DNA from: Jiangellales bacterium
GTDB lineage: Bacteria > Actinomycetota > Actinomycetes > Jiangellales > Jiangellaceae
DNA length: 48,360 nucleotides
Reading direction: 5' to 3'
Assembly (NCBI GenBank): GCA_035462845.1
Contig: DATHTV010000119.1
Coordinates: forward strand, 1-48,360
The translations under genes and the position numbers were made by a program. The notes under the pieces were generated by a model. That model had not been told where the DNA came from and ran no database searches. It saw only the letters and a list, made by a program, of their open reading frames with translations. Position 1 is the first letter of the stretch, and the number at the start of each line of letters is the position of its first letter. This document shows positions 25,705 through 35,856 of the stretch, in pieces.

Positions 25705-28542
25705 GTGCCGACACCGGTGCTCGCCACCAAGCTGTTCGCGCCGCCGCTCCGACGGCAGCTCGTCGCGCGCCCGCGGCTCGTCGAGCAGCTCGACGCCACC
25801 CTCGAGGCCGGCCACCGACTCACCGTGGTGTCCGCGCCGCCCGGGTTCGGCAAGACCACCCTCCTCAGCGACTGGCTGAGGCGACACGACCCTTCTCGTA
25901 CCGACGTCCGCGTCGCGTGGCTCTCCCTGGACGACGACGACAACGACCTCCCGCGCTTCCTGAGGCACGTGGTGGCCGCCCTGCGCGACATGGGGCTCGA
26001 CGTCGCCCAGGGGGTCGCCGAGTCCACCGACACCACAGCCGTCTCCGCGACGCTGACCACGCTCGTCAACGACGTCGCCGCCGCCGCCGAGGACGTACCT
26101 GGCAGGCGATGGATCCTGGTGCTCGACGACTACCACACCATCGGCTCCGCCGCGGTGCACCAGGCGGTGACCTTCCTCCTCGACCACCTCCCCGCCGGAC
26201 TGCACCTCGTGATGGCGACCCGATCCGACCCACCGCTCCCGCTGGCCAGGCTCCGCGCGCGCGGGCAGCTCGCCGAGGTCCGCGCCGCCGACCTCCGCTT
26301 CACCCCAGCCGAGGCGCGCGACTTCCTGAACCGGGTGATGGGGCTCGACCTCAGCCCTGCGGACGTGCAGGCACTCGACGAGCGCACCGAGGGGTGGGTG
26401 GCCGGCCTTCAGCTCGCCGCTCTCTCGTTACGCGACCTCTCCGGTCGCAGTGAGGTCGCCGGCTTCATCGAGGCGTTCGCCGGCAGCCACCGGTTCGTCA
26501 TCGACTACCTGGCCGACGAGGTGCTCGCGCGGCAACCCGCCGAGGTCCGCGACTTCCTTCTCCGCACCGCCGTGCTCGACCACCTCACCGGTTCGCTTTG
26601 CGACGCCGTCACCGGCGGTGCCGACGGCAGCCGGGTCCTGGCAGAGCTCGAGCGCGCCAACCTGTTCCTCGTCCCGCTGGACACCCAGCGCGCCTGGTAC
26701 CGCTACCACCACCTGTTCGCCGACGTGCTCCGCGCGCGCCTGCTCTCCGAGCACCCCGAGCAGGTGCCGCCGCTGCACCGCCTCGCCAGCGCCTGGTACT
26801 CCTCCCACGACCGCCCCGCGGATGCCGTCCGGCACGCCCTCGCCGCACAGGACCACGACCACGCCGCCCGGCTCATGGAGGAAGCGCTCCCGGAGCTGCG
26901 CCGCTCCCGGCAGGACAGCCTGCTCCTGGCCTGGATGCGGTCGCTCCCGGCGGACGTGGTGCGCCGGAGCCCGGTCCTCAGCATCGTCTCCGGCTGGTCC
27001 ATGCTGATGTCCGGTGACCTCGACGCTGCCGAGGACCGGTTCGACGACGCCGAGGCGGCGCTGGCCGCCGGGGAGCGCGACCCGGACGTCGCGAGAGCCT
27101 GGGCGGACACCGAGGACCGGCGGACGGCGCCGGCCACCGTGTCGGTCTACCGAGCGGCGCTGGCCCAGGCGCGGCGAGACGTCGACGGCACCGTTCGGCA
27201 CGCTCGCCGTGCCCTGGACCTGGCCGGGCCCGAGGACCGGTTCGTCCGCGGCGCGGCGTCCGGCTACCTCGGCCTCGCCGCCTGGGCAGCCGGCGACGTC
27301 TCGGAAGCCCTGCCGACCTTCTCCGAGGCGCTCCGCCACCTGCACGCCGCGGGGAACCTGGTGGACGAGCTGGACGCCACGGTGGTGCTCGCGGACATGT
27401 GGCTCGTCGCAGGCCGGCCCAGCCGCGCCCGTCACCTGTACGAGCAGGCACTGGAGACGGTCACTGCGGGCAGCGTGCCGTACCCGCGGGCCACCGCCGA
27501 CCTGCACGTCGGCCTGGCCGAGCTCGACCATGAGCTCGGCGACGTCGCGGGCGCCGAGGCACACCTCGAGACGGCCCGGCTGCTCCGGGACCGCGCCTCG
27601 ATCACCGAGAACCGCCACCGGTGGTTCGTCGCGATGGCACAGGTGCGCGCCGACCTCGGGGACCACGACGCGGCGGTCGACCTGCTGGGCCAGGCCGAGG
27701 CGATGTACCGCCCCGGCTTCTACCCGGAGGTCCGCCCCATCCCCGCCATGAGGGCCCGTGTCCAGATCGCCCGCGGAGACCTGGCCGCCGCCGAGGCGTG
27801 GGCGGCCGACCACGGCATCACCGCCGCCGACGAGGCGACGTACCTCCACGAGTACGAGCTCCTCACCCTCGCGCGGCTCCTGCTCGCCCGGCACCGCCGC
27901 GTCGGCGGACCCGGTGACCCGGGTTCGCGCGGCGCGTCGTCGCTGGACGAGGTGCTCGCGCTGCTCGACCGGCTGCACGCCGCCGCGGAACCGCACCGCC
28001 CCGGCAGCCTGATCGAGATCGGCGTGCTCCGAGCGCTGACCCACCACGCGCGGGGGGACCGCTCGCAGGCTCTCGCCGACCTCCAGCGCACGCTGACCGC
28101 GGCCCCCGAGCCGGAGAGCTACGTACGGCTCTTCCTCGACGAAGGTGCCCCAATGCTCGCGCTGCTGGACGACGCCGCCTCCCACGAGGGCACCGACGGC
28201 CCCAGCACCGAGCGCGACCTCCTGCGCGCGCACGCCCGCCGGCTCCTCGGCGCCGCCGGGACCGCCGGGCGACCGGACCCGGGCGCGCCCCCGGCCGTCC
28301 CTGCGGGCACGCACGGCGGGCTGGTGGGCTCGCTCAGCGACCGCGAGCTGGAGGTGCTGCGACTCCTCGACAGCGAGCTCACCGGCCCCGAGATCGCTCG
28401 TCGGCTCTACGTCTCCCTCAACACCCTGCGCACCCACACGAAGCGCATCTTCACCAAGCTCGACGTCAACAGCCGTGCCGCGGCCGTGCGCAGGGGTCAC
28501 GAGCTCGGGCTGCTCCGCAGGCAGCACCCGCGCGGGGACTGA
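25705..28542 (+). CDS. MalT-like large ATP-binding LuxR-family regulator (STAND-type NTPase, TPR/helical repeats, LuxR HTH), 945 aa
   Basis: The N-terminus [29 protein letters not shown], Walker [13 protein letters not shown] and LVLDDYH are present. The C-terminus reads [45 protein letters not shown]. Confidence 0.85.
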   Translation: MPTPVLATKLFAPPLRRQLVARPRLVEQLDATLEAGHRLTVVSAPPGFGKTTLLSDWLRRHDPSRTDVRVAWLSLDDDDNDLPRFLRHVVAALRDMGLDVAQGVAESTDTTAVSATLTTLVNDVAAAAEDVPGRRWILVLDDYHTIGSAAVHQAVTFLLDHLPAGLHLVMATRSDPPLPLARLRARGQLAEVRAADLRFTPAEARDFLNRVMGLDLSPADVQALDERTEGWVAGLQLAALSLRDLSGRSEVAGFIEAFAGSHRFVIDYLADEVLARQPAEVRDFLLRTAVLDHLTGSLCDAVTGGADGSRVLAELERANLFLVPLDTQRAWYRYHHLFADVLRARLLSEHPEQVPPLHRLASAWYSSHDRPADAVRHALAAQDHDHAARLMEEALPELRRSRQDSLLLAWMRSLPADVVRRSPVLSIVSGWSMLMSGDLDAAEDRFDDAEAALAAGERDPDVARAWADTEDRRTAPATVSVYRAALAQARRDVDGTVRHARRALDLAGPEDRFVRGAASGYLGLAAWAAGDVSEALPTFSEALRHLHAAGNLVDELDATVVLADMWLVAGRPSRARHLYEQALETVTAGSVPYPRATADLHVGLAELDHELGDVAGAEAHLETARLLRDRASITENRHRWFVAMAQVRADLGDHDAAVDLLGQAEAMYRPGFYPEVRPIPAMRARVQIARGDLAAAEAWAADHGITAADEATYLHEYELLTLARLLLARHRRVGGPGDPGSRGASSLDEVLALLDRLHAAAEPHRPGSLIEIGVLRALTHHARGDRSQALADLQRTLTAAPEPESYVRLFLDEGAPMLALLDDAASHEGTDGPSTERDLLRAHARRLLGAAGTAGRPDPGAPPAVPAGTHGGLVGSLSDRELEVLRLLDSELTGPEIARRLYVSLNTLRTHTKRIFTKLDVNSRAAAVRRGHELGLLRRQHPRGD

Positions 28543-28651
28543 ATCACATCGTCGGTCACCTCACGTGGTGACGTCGGGTCACCCCGTCGGCTCGTACGTT
28601 CCGGACATCCCCGCGGCACCCGCCACGGACCACCGGGACCAGGAGCCGGAC

Positions 28652-29350
28652 ATGACCATCACACCCACCACCCTCACCCGCGGAGCCGCCGCCGCTGCTG
28701 TCGCCGCCGGGCTCATCTTCGTCGGCGTCCAGGTCGGGCACCCGCACATGGACGCCGGCTCCGTCACCACGGTCGAGGTGACCGTCCGCAACTCGCTGAA
28801 GGTCCTGATGGCCGTGCTCGCGCTGGTCGGCATCACCGGCATGTACCTGCGCCAGGTGAGGGAGACGGGCCTGCTGGGCCTGCTCGGGTACCTGGTGCTC
28901 GGCACCGGCTACCTCGCCGTGATGAGCGTCGCCTTCGTCGGCGCGTTCGTGCTGCCGTCCATCGCCGGGACCGACCCCGGCTTCGTCGACGACGCCCTCA
29001 CCGCGGCGACGGGCGGCAGCCCCACCGGCGACATCGGCCTGATGCAGGCCGTGATCGTGGTCCAGAACGTCGCCTACCTGGCCGGCGGACTCGTCTTCGG
29101 GGTCGCCCTGTACCGCGCCCGCGTCCTGGCCCGGTGGGCCGCTGCGCTCCTGGCCGTCGGTGGCGTGGTCACCATCGCGCTCTCCGCGATGCCGGACACC
29201 TTCTACCGGCTGCTGGCCTTCCCGAACGGCATCGCCATGATCGGGCTCGGCTACTCGCTGTGGCGCGCCGCGTGGACGGCTGACACCGACGCCACGACCG
29301 TGCAGGGCTCGGTCGCCGGGCGGCGGGAAGCCGCGGTGAGCGAGCGATGA
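28652..29350 (+). CDS. Hypothetical polytopic membrane protein (~6 TM), 232 aa
   Basis: ATG 28652 follows aggagc. It has repeated hydrophobic segments (AAVAAGLIFVGVQV, VLMAVLALVGITGMY, LLGYLVLGTGYLAVMSVAFVGAFVL, AVIVVQNVAYLAGGLVFGVAL, AAALLAVGGVVTIAL, IAMIGLGYSLW). No family was recognised. Confidence 0.6.
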   Translation: MTITPTTLTRGAAAAAVAAGLIFVGVQVGHPHMDAGSVTTVEVTVRNSLKVLMAVLALVGITGMYLRQVRETGLLGLLGYLVLGTGYLAVMSVAFVGAFVLPSIAGTDPGFVDDALTAATGGSPTGDIGLMQAVIVVQNVAYLAGGLVFGVALYRARVLARWAAALLAVGGVVTIALSAMPDTFYRLLAFPNGIAMIGLGYSLWRAAWTADTDATTVQGSVAGRREAAVSER

Positions 29351-29529
29351 TCAGGCCGCCGTGCCCGGCGCCCGACCGGCAGCCCAGCGCCGGCCGGGCG
29401 CCGGGGCGCACCCAGCTGGCGTGTTCCCGTCGGGTTGCTGACCCTGTCCGTCGTCCCGGTGATCTCAAGATCCCTACGTCGCCCCGGGGCGTCCGCGCCG
29501 GCCCGACCGACGGCTGTCACGATGCACGC

Positions 29530-30105
29530 ATGAGCACCCCGCTCGACGCGGCGACGTGGCCGGCTCGCACCGACCGGCTGACACTGCGCCCTGCGACCCC
29601 GGACGACCTCCTCGCCACCTGGGCGTTCCGCCGGCTGGAGGACGTCAGCCGCTGGCTCGTCCGGGCACCGGCCACGCTCGACGAGTACCGCGAGCGGTTC
29701 GAGGACCCCGACAGCCTGGCCAGGACCCTCGTCATCGAGCTGGACGGGCAGGTCATCGGTGATCTCATGCTCAAGATCGAGGACGCCTGGTCCCAGGCCG
29801 AGATCGCGGACCAGGCCCGGGCTGTCCAGGCCGAGCTCGGCTGGGTGCTCCACCCCGAGCACGCCGGCCACGGGTACGCCACGGAGGCGGTCCGGGAGCT
29901 GGTCCGGCTCTGCTTCGAGGACCTCGCGCTGCGTCGGGTGACGGCGAACTGCTTCGCCGACAACGACGCCTCGTGGCGCCTCATGGAGCGGGTCGGGATG
30001 CGCCGCGAGCTCTACGCGGTCCGCGAGTCGCTGCACCGCTCCGGGGAGTGGCTGGACGGGATGGGCTATGCCCTGCTCGCCGACGAGTGGCGCCGCCGCG
30101 CGTAG
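29530..30105 (+). CDS. GNAT-family N-acetyltransferase (RimJ/RimL-like), 191 aa
   Basis: Begins at MSTPLD.. and contains LTLRPATPDD, ELGWVLHPEHAGHGYATEAVRELVRLCFEDLALRRVTANCFADNDASWRLMERVGMRRE. Confidence 0.8.
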   Translation: MSTPLDAATWPARTDRLTLRPATPDDLLATWAFRRLEDVSRWLVRAPATLDEYRERFEDPDSLARTLVIELDGQVIGDLMLKIEDAWSQAEIADQARAVQAELGWVLHPEHAGHGYATEAVRELVRLCFEDLALRRVTANCFADNDASWRLMERVGMRRELYAVRESLHRSGEWLDGMGYALLADEWRRRA

Positions 30106-30180
30106 TTTCTGCCGTCACCGACCACTGCTCCCGGGCCTACGCCTGAGGAGCCGCCCCTCGACGAGGCTCACGCGGACTCC

Positions 30181-30387
30181 TCACACCAGCTGGATCGTGG
30201 TCAGACAGGTCGGGGCGTCCGGGTGGGTGGAGAACTGGATCACACCCGTCCTGCCGTCGTGGCTGACGCGCAGGGTGCCCTCGATGTCCGTCGGTAGCCA
30301 GAAGCCGGTGAACCCGTTCTCGAAGGTGGTCCGGGTCTCGTCGACGAGAACCTCGGCAGTGCCCTCGTCGACGATCTGCACCTGCAT
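30181..30387 (-). CDS. Small hypothetical protein (68 aa from ATG 30387; the start may lie further upstream)
   Basis: This is the only coherent part of ORF 30181..30720, which otherwise runs through the tRNA: MQVQIVDEGTAEVLVDETRTTFENGFTGFWLPTDIEGTLRVSHDGRTGVIQFSTHPDAPTCLTTIQLV. The local GC is visibly lower than its surroundings. No family was recognised. Confidence 0.35.
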   Translation of the reverse strand: MQVQIVDEGTAEVLVDETRTTFENGFTGFWLPTDIEGTLRVSHDGRTGVIQFSTHPDAPTCLTTIQLV

Positions 30388-30593
30388 CTCGGTCGACACC
30401 AGCTCGCCTTGACACGTCGTCAGCGAGTGGAAGAAGCCCACGAGACCGGCCGCATCTGAAGCCGCAAAGGCTCCCGCCGCCGATTGCCGCACCCCCCCCC
30501 ACAGCGTCACAAAGCGGCGTGTACCACTCGGAGGCACGCTGCGTCCTCTCACCGGAGGACGGGCCAAGTTGCTCCGCCGTGGAAGGGCTTGAG

Positions 30594-30634
30594 AACCGGC
30601 TCCGACCCAGCGTTTCCGCAGGTCAGAGCCGGTT
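30594..30634 (-). terminator. Long hairpin immediately downstream of tRNA-Pro (terminator-like, weak U tract)
   Basis: Minus strand: AACCGGCUC-UGACC-UGCGGAAACGC-UGGGUC-GGAGCCGGUU followed by CUCAAG. Confidence 0.35.
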
Positions 30635-30641
30635 TGCTCGG

Positions 30642-30715
<74 letters not shown>

Positions 30716-30801
30716 TCCACAGGTCGTCCGGAGGCCGACCTGCCGCAGAAGACCCTACCCCACCCGACCCCGCCTCCCCGGGGGGCGGACCCGGGGGCCG
30801 G

Positions 30802-32208
30802 TCAGCGGTTCTTCCGCTTCTCCCTGATCCGCATCGAGACCTCGATGGGCGTGCCCTCGAAGCCGAACTCCTCGCGCAGCCGGCGCTCGACGAACCGGCG
30901 GTACGACGCCTCGAGGAAGCCGGTCGTGAACAGCACGAACCGCGGAGGCCGAGTGCTCGCCTGGGTCGCGAACAGGATCCGCGGCTGCTTGCCGCCGCGC
31001 AGCGGGTGCGGATGAGCGGCGACCAGCTGCCCGAGGAAGGTGTTGAGCCGGCCCGTGGGCACCCTGGTCTCCCAGCTCGCCAGCGCCGTCTCCACCGCCG
31101 GGACGAGCCGGTCCACGTGGCGACCCGTCCGGGCCGACAGGTTGACCCGGGGTGCCCAGGTGACGCGGTTGAGCTGCCGGTCGATCTCGCGGTCGAGGTC
31201 ACGGCGGCGGTCCTCGTCGAGCAGGTCCCACTTGTTGAAGGCCAGCACCAGGGCCCGACCGGCGTCCACCACCATCGAGATGATCCGCAGGTCCTGCTCC
31301 GCCATCGGCTCGCTCGCGTCGACGAGGACGACGCCGACCTCCGCCCGGTCCAGGGCCGCCGACGTCCGCAGGGACGCGTAGTACTCCGCCCCGGACGCCT
31401 CGTTGACCCGGCGCCGGATGCCCGCCGTGTCGACGAACGTCCAGGTGCGCCCGCCCAGCTCGACGACCTCGTCGACCGGGTCGACGGTCGTCCCGGCGAC
31501 CGGGTCCACGACGACGCGGTCCTCGCCGGCGAGCCGGTTGAGCAGGCTGGACTTGCCGACGTTGGGCTTGCCGACCAGCGCCACCCGCCGCGGACCGCGC
31601 CGCTCGCCGAACAGCTCCTGGGGCGCCTCCGGCAGCACGGTCAGGACGGCGTCGAGGAGATCGCCGCTCCCCCGTCCGTGCAGCGCCGAGACCGGGTACG
31701 GCTCGCCGAGGCCGAGGCTCCACAGCGCCGCGGCGTCGGCCTCGCCCGTGGGCCCGTCGACCTTGTTGGCCGCCAGCACGACCGGCTTGCCCGAGCGGCG
31801 GAGCACTCGCACCACGGCCTCGTCGGAGTCCGTGGCACCCACGGTCGAGTCCACGACGAGGACGACGACGTCCGCTGCGGTGGCCGCCACCTCGGCCTGA
31901 GCCGCGATGCGCGCCGCCATCCCCTCCGCGTCCGGGTCCCAGCCACCGGTGTCGACCAGGGTGAAGCGGCGGCCCGACCACACCGCGTCGTAGGCCACCC
32001 GGTCCCGCGTCACGCCCGGGACGTCCTCGACCACCGCCTCGCGCCGACCGAGGATCCGGTTGACCAGGGTGGACTTGCCGACGTTGGGCCGGCCGATCAC
32101 GGCCACGACCGGCGGAGGTCCGGTGTCCTCGGCGTCGACGAAGGCGCCGTCGTCGAGGATCTCGTCCGCATGCGGTCCCCCGTCGGCCGCGAAGTCCTCG
32201 GTGGTCAC
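30802..32208 (-). CDS. der: Ribosome-associated GTPase Der/EngA
   Basis: GTG 32208 overlaps the cmk stop (GTGA). It has two G domains ([18 protein letters not shown]), DTAG/DTGG and NKWD/NKVD motifs, and a KH-like C-terminus. Confidence 0.95.
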   Translation of the reverse strand: MTTEDFAADGGPHADEILDDGAFVDAEDTGPPPVVAVIGRPNVGKSTLVNRILGRREAVVEDVPGVTRDRVAYDAVWSGRRFTLVDTGGWDPDAEGMAARIAAQAEVAATAADVVVLVVDSTVGATDSDEAVVRVLRRSGKPVVLAANKVDGPTGEADAAALWSLGLGEPYPVSALHGRGSGDLLDAVLTVLPEAPQELFGERRGPRRVALVGKPNVGKSSLLNRLAGEDRVVVDPVAGTTVDPVDEVVELGGRTWTFVDTAGIRRRVNEASGAEYYASLRTSAALDRAEVGVVLVDASEPMAEQDLRIISMVVDAGRALVLAFNKWDLLDEDRRRDLDREIDRQLNRVTWAPRVNLSARTGRHVDRLVPAVETALASWETRVPTGRLNTFLGQLVAAHPHPLRGGKQPRILFATQASTRPPRFVLFTTGFLEASYRRFVERRLREEFGFEGTPIEVSMRIREKRKNR

Positions 32209-32921
32209 TGGCTCTCCCTCGGTGGGCGGGACCTGGCGGGCGTCACGCCGGTACGCGCCTCGACGACGTCGAGCACGGCGCGAACGGTCTCGTCGAGGGT
32301 CAGCAGCGAGGAGTCGACCACGTCGACGCCGTCGGCGGCCTCGGTGAACGTGGCGACCGTCGAGTCCCGGGCGTCGCGGCGCACCACCTGGGCGTGGGTC
32401 GCCGCCACCGCCGCCTCGTCGGCCGTGCCGTGCACCTCGAGGGCCCGCCGGGAGAGCCTCGCCCGCTCGCTGGCCGTCAGCAGCACGCGGACGGGTGCGT
32501 CGGGGGCGACCACGGTGGTGATGTCGCGCCCCTCGGCGACCACACCGCCCGCGTCGACGACCTCGCGCTGCCGCCGTCCCAGCTCGCGGCGCACCTCGAG
32601 GTTGGTGGCGACCGCGCTCACGGCCTCGGAGATCCGCGTCTCGCGGATGGCGTTGGTGACGTCGGTGCCGTCGACCCGCACGTACGGCGCGAGCGGGTCG
32701 GTCCCCATCTCGAGCGGCATCCGGGCGGCGAGTGCCGCCACCCAGGCCTGGTCCTCCAGGTCGACCCCCTGGTCCAGCGCCCACCAGGTCAGGGCCCGGT
32801 ACATGGCCCCGGTGTCGAGGTAGCGCAGCCCCAGCGCCGCGGCGACCCGGCGGGCCACGGTGGACTTGCCCGACCCCGACGGGCCGTCCACCGCGACGAC
32901 GACGGAGCTCGGGTCGGTCAC
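32205..32921 (-). CDS. cmk: Cytidylate kinase
   Basis: Contains [35 protein letters not shown]. Start set at GTG 32921; the upstream part of the ORF overlaps the tyrA end and is Pro-rich. Confidence 0.9.
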   Translation of the reverse strand: MTDPSSVVVAVDGPSGSGKSTVARRVAAALGLRYLDTGAMYRALTWWALDQGVDLEDQAWVAALAARMPLEMGTDPLAPYVRVDGTDVTNAIRETRISEAVSAVATNLEVRRELGRRQREVVDAGGVVAEGRDITTVVAPDAPVRVLLTASERARLSRRALEVHGTADEAAVAATHAQVVRRDARDSTVATFTEAADGVDVVDSSLLTLDETVRAVLDVVEARTGVTPARSRPPRESQ

Positions 32922-32998
32922 GCGGTCCTCCGGGATCCGGTCGGCGGTGGCGGTGTCACCGGGGCTCGGTGGCAGCGTAGGCAGGGTAGTGCCAGCGT

Positions 32999-34114
32999 TC
33001 AGCGGTGGACCGTCCACCCGCGGCTGCGCAGGGCCCGGGCCAGCACCTCGTCGCTCCCCGGCCGCACGGCGATCTCGACGACTCCGGTCGGGATGCCCTG
33101 GACGTGCTCGATCCGGACGTCCTCGACGTTGACCCCGGCGGCGCCGGCGTCGGCGAAGAGCTGGGCCAGCTGGCCGGGCCGGTCCTGGACGACGACCGGC
33201 AGCGTCGCGAACGCCGTCTGACGACCGCCGTGCTTGCCGGGCAGACGGGCCCGGCCCGCCACACCGGCCTCGAGCAGGTCTGTCAGCGCCGCGGGATCAC
33301 GGCGGTCCAGGGCCAGGACGGCGGCCTCGAGGTCGGACCTCAGGTCGACGAGCACGTCCCGGACCGCCGCGGCGTTCGCGCCGAGGATGTCCGCCCACAG
33401 CCGCGGGTCGCCCGCGGCCACTCGCGTGACGTCGGCGACACCCTGGCCGGCGAGGCCCACCTCCTGCTCGGGCGCGCCGCGCAGCCGCGCCGCGACCAGG
33501 CTGGCGACGAGGTGCGGGGCGTGGGAGACCAGGGCCACGGCGGCGTCGTGCTCCTCGGCGGGCATGCTCACGGGCTGGGCGCCGCACGCCCGGGCCAGGG
33601 CGGTCACCCTCGCTGCGGCCTCGGGGTCCGAGCCCGGGCGGGCGCACACCACCCAGGGCCTGCCCTGGACGAGGTCCACCACCGCGGCCGCCGGCCCGGA
33701 GACCTCGCGCCCCGCCATGGGGTGCCCTCCCACGTACCGTGCGGCCGCAGCGGTGCGCGCCGCGACGTCGCGCGCCGGCAGCACCTTGACGCTGGCGACG
33801 TCGGTCGCGTACGCCGCGGTTCCCGCCTCCAGCAGCTCCGCGACCACGGCCCCGGTACGGGCCGGCGGCACCGCGACCACGGCGAGGTCCACCGGCGCGG
33901 ACGGGCTCTCCGGGGAGCCCGCACCTCGGGCGGCCGCCTCGGCCAGGGCGGCGGGGTCGTGGTCGCGCAGGTGCACGCGGATCCCGGCACGCCGCAGCGC
34001 CAGCCCGATGGAGGTCCCGAGCAGACCGGTGCCGACGACCAGGACCCCACCCGGCAGGACCCCACCCGGCAGGACCCCGCCCGGCAGCGCCCCGCCAGGC
34101 GGGACCCCGCTCAC
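32999..34114 (-). CDS. tyrA: Prephenate dehydrogenase
   Basis: GTG 34114 overlaps the aroH stop (GTGA). Contains VVGTGLLGTSIGLAL (NAD fold), DVASVK, GGHPMAG, HDAAVALVSHAPH and an ACT-like C-terminus. Confidence 0.9.
   Translation of the reverse strand: MSGVPPGGALPGGVLPGGVLPGGVLVVGTGLLGTSIGLALRRAGIRVHLRDHDPAALAEAAARGAGSPESPSAPVDLAVVAVPPARTGAVVAELLEAGTAAYATDVASVKVLPARDVAARTAAAARYVGGHPMAGREVSGPAAAVVDLVQGRPWVVCARPGSDPEAAARVTALARACGAQPVSMPAEEHDAAVALVSHAPHLVASLVAARLRGAPEQEVGLAGQGVADVTRVAAGDPRLWADILGANAAAVRDVLVDLRSDLEAAVLALDRRDPAALTDLLEAGVAGRARLPGKHGGRQTAFATLPVVVQDRPGQLAQLFADAGAAGVNVEDVRIEHVQGIPTGVVEIAVRPGSDEVLARALRSRGWTVHR
34040..34099. repeat. 4 x 15-bp in-frame tandem repeat at the 5' end of tyrA
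   Basis: caggaccccacccgg twice (34040-34069), caggaccccgcccgg (34070-34084), cagcgccccgccagg (34085-34099). They encode VSGVPPGGALPGGVLPGGVLPGGVL directly before the Rossmann GxGxxG. Confidence 0.9.
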
Positions 34115-34482
34115 GCGTCGTCCCGGCGCAGGTCGGTACGCAGCGCCGCGGCGCCGTGCAGGTAGACGTGGCGGACCTCGGTCCGCGGTCGGTCCGTCTC
34201 GGCGTGCGCGAGCAGCCGGACGACCCGCGGCATCGCTCCCGCCACGGCGATCTCCTGGGCGCACAGCAACGGGACGTCGGTGATCCCGATCCGCCGGGCC
34301 GCGTAGGCGGGGAACTCCGAGCGGAGGTCCGGTGTCGCCGTGAACACGATGCTGATCAGGTCGTCGGTGCCGACCCCGTTGCGGCGCAGCACCTCGGCGA
34401 CCAGCTCGGCCGCACGCTCGAGCAGGTGCCCGCGCTCGTCCCGCTCGAGCTGGGTCGCCCCGCGGATCGCCCGTACGGCCAC
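34111..34482 (-). CDS. aroH: Chorismate mutase, AroH class
   Basis: Product: VAVRAIRGATQLERDERGHLLERAAELVAEVLRRNGV..DLISIVFTATPDLRSEFPAYAAR..VPLLCAQEI. Confidence 0.85.
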   Translation of the reverse strand: MAVRAIRGATQLERDERGHLLERAAELVAEVLRRNGVGTDDLISIVFTATPDLRSEFPAYAARRIGITDVPLLCAQEIAVAGAMPRVVRLLAHAETDRPRTEVRHVYLHGAAALRTDLRRDDA

Positions 34483-34531
34483 GCGGGCAACCCTAGTGCG
34501 ACCCGCCGACCCGCTCGCGCGGACGGCGCGG

Positions 34532-35266
34532 TCAGAGGCCGACCTCGCGGTAGAGCAGCCCGACCTCGGCGGCCGAGAGGGTGCGGTGGGCGCCGGGCCT
34601 GAGGTCCCCGAGGGTGATCGGCCCGATCCGGGTGCGCACCAGCCGCTCGACCGGGTACCCCACGGCGGTCAGCAGCCGGCGCACGACGTGCTTGCGGCCC
34701 TCGTGCAGCACGAGCTCGACCATGACCCGGCCGCCGGCGCGACCGACGACCCGGAACGAGTCCACCCGGACGACGCCGTCGTCGAGCTCGACCCCGTCCC
34801 GCAGGCGCCGGCCGACGTCGCGGGCGAGCGGGCCGGGCACCTCGGCGAGGTACGTCTTGGCCACCTCGTAGCTGGGGTGCGCGAGGCGGTGCGCCAGCTC
34901 CCCGTCGTTCGTCAGCAGGATCAGGCCCTCGGTGTCCACGTCCAGCCGCCCGACGTGGAACAACCGCTCCCGCCGGCCCACCACGTAGTCGCCCAGGCTG
35001 GGCCGGCCCTCGGGGTCGGCCATGGTGCTGACCACGCCGACCGGCTTGTTCAGGGCGAGGTGGACCAGACCGGCGGCCTCGGTGCCCACCCGCATGCCGT
35101 CGACCTTGATCACCGACTGCCCGGGGTGGACCCGGAGCCCCATGGTCCGGACCACCTCGCCGTCGACCTCGACGCGGCCCGCGGCGATGAGCTGCTCGCA
35201 CGCCCGCCGGCTCCCGACGCCGGCGGCGGCGAGCACCTTCTGCAGCCGGACGCCCTCGTCGCTCAT
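34532..35266 (-). CDS. rluB: Pseudouridine synthase RluB/RsuA family (S4 domain plus catalytic domain)
   Basis: Contains RLQKVLAAAGVGSRRACEQLIAAGRV, HVGRLDVDTEGLILLTNDGELAHRLAHP and KTYLAEV. The ATG overlaps the scpB stop (ATGA). Confidence 0.9.
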   Translation of the reverse strand: MSDEGVRLQKVLAAAGVGSRRACEQLIAAGRVEVDGEVVRTMGLRVHPGQSVIKVDGMRVGTEAAGLVHLALNKPVGVVSTMADPEGRPSLGDYVVGRRERLFHVGRLDVDTEGLILLTNDGELAHRLAHPSYEVAKTYLAEVPGPLARDVGRRLRDGVELDDGVVRVDSFRVVGRAGGRVMVELVLHEGRKHVVRRLLTAVGYPVERLVRTRIGPITLGDLRPGAHRTLSAAEVGLLYREVGL

Positions 35267-35856
35267 GCCGGACCGCCGGGAGATGCGCCCGTCTCGGACT
35301 CGAATGCGCCCGTCTCGGACTCGATCTGGGCGACGTCCGGGAGGTAGGGAGCCAGTGGCGGCAGGTCCTCCAGGGATCGCAGGCCCAGCCGTTCGAGGAA
35401 GTAGTCGGTGGTGCGGTACAGCGTGGCCGTGGTCGCCGGGTCGTGCCCGGCCTCCTCGACGAGGCCGCGGGTGACCAGCGTGCGCATCACGCCGTCGCAG
35501 TTGACGCCCCGCACACCCGAGACCCGAGCCCGGCTGACCGGCTGCTGGTACGCGACGACGGCCAGGGTCTCGAGTGCCGCCTGGGTGAGGCGGGCCTGCT
35601 GCCCGTCGAGGACGAAGCGCTCGACCACCTCAGCGTGCTCGGCCCGGGTGTAGAGCCGCCAGCCGCGGGCCACCCGACGCAGCTCGAACCCCCGGCCCTG
35701 CTCGTCGTACTCGCCCGCGAGCGCGACCAGGGCGGCCTCGACCTCGCCGGTGGGACGGTCGAGGACCTGGCCGAGCAGCTCGGCTCCCACCGGCTCGTCG
35801 ACGACCAGCAGCACCGCCTCCAGCGCCGCCCGCAGGGTCTGGTCGGTTCCGGTCAC
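35263..35856 (-). CDS. scpB: Segregation and condensation protein B
   Basis: GTG 35856 overlaps the scpA stop (GTGA). Contains [59 protein letters not shown]. Confidence 0.9.
   Translation of the reverse strand: [197 protein letters not shown]
35283..35324. repeat. Perfect 2 x 21-bp in-frame tandem duplication near the scpB 3' end
   Basis: atgcgcccgtctcggactcga at 35283-35303 and again at 35304-35324. It encodes ..[14 protein letters not shown].. Confidence 0.9.

Noticed and set aside
25613-25714. Alternative upstream start (ATG 25714) for the minus-strand LuxR regulator
   Set aside because: It would add 34 Arg/Pro-rich residues and overlap the divergent gene's start. [13 protein letters not shown] at ATG 25612 is the usual N-terminus of this family and has a leaderless-type -10.
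29364-29405. GC-rich stem (CCCGGCGCC..GGCGCCGGG) after the membrane-protein gene as an intrinsic terminator
   Set aside because: It has a 24-nt loop and no U tract, so it is indistinguishable from chance pairing in GC-rich DNA. The hairpin at 22936-22955 (3-nt loop, bulged) is treated likewise.
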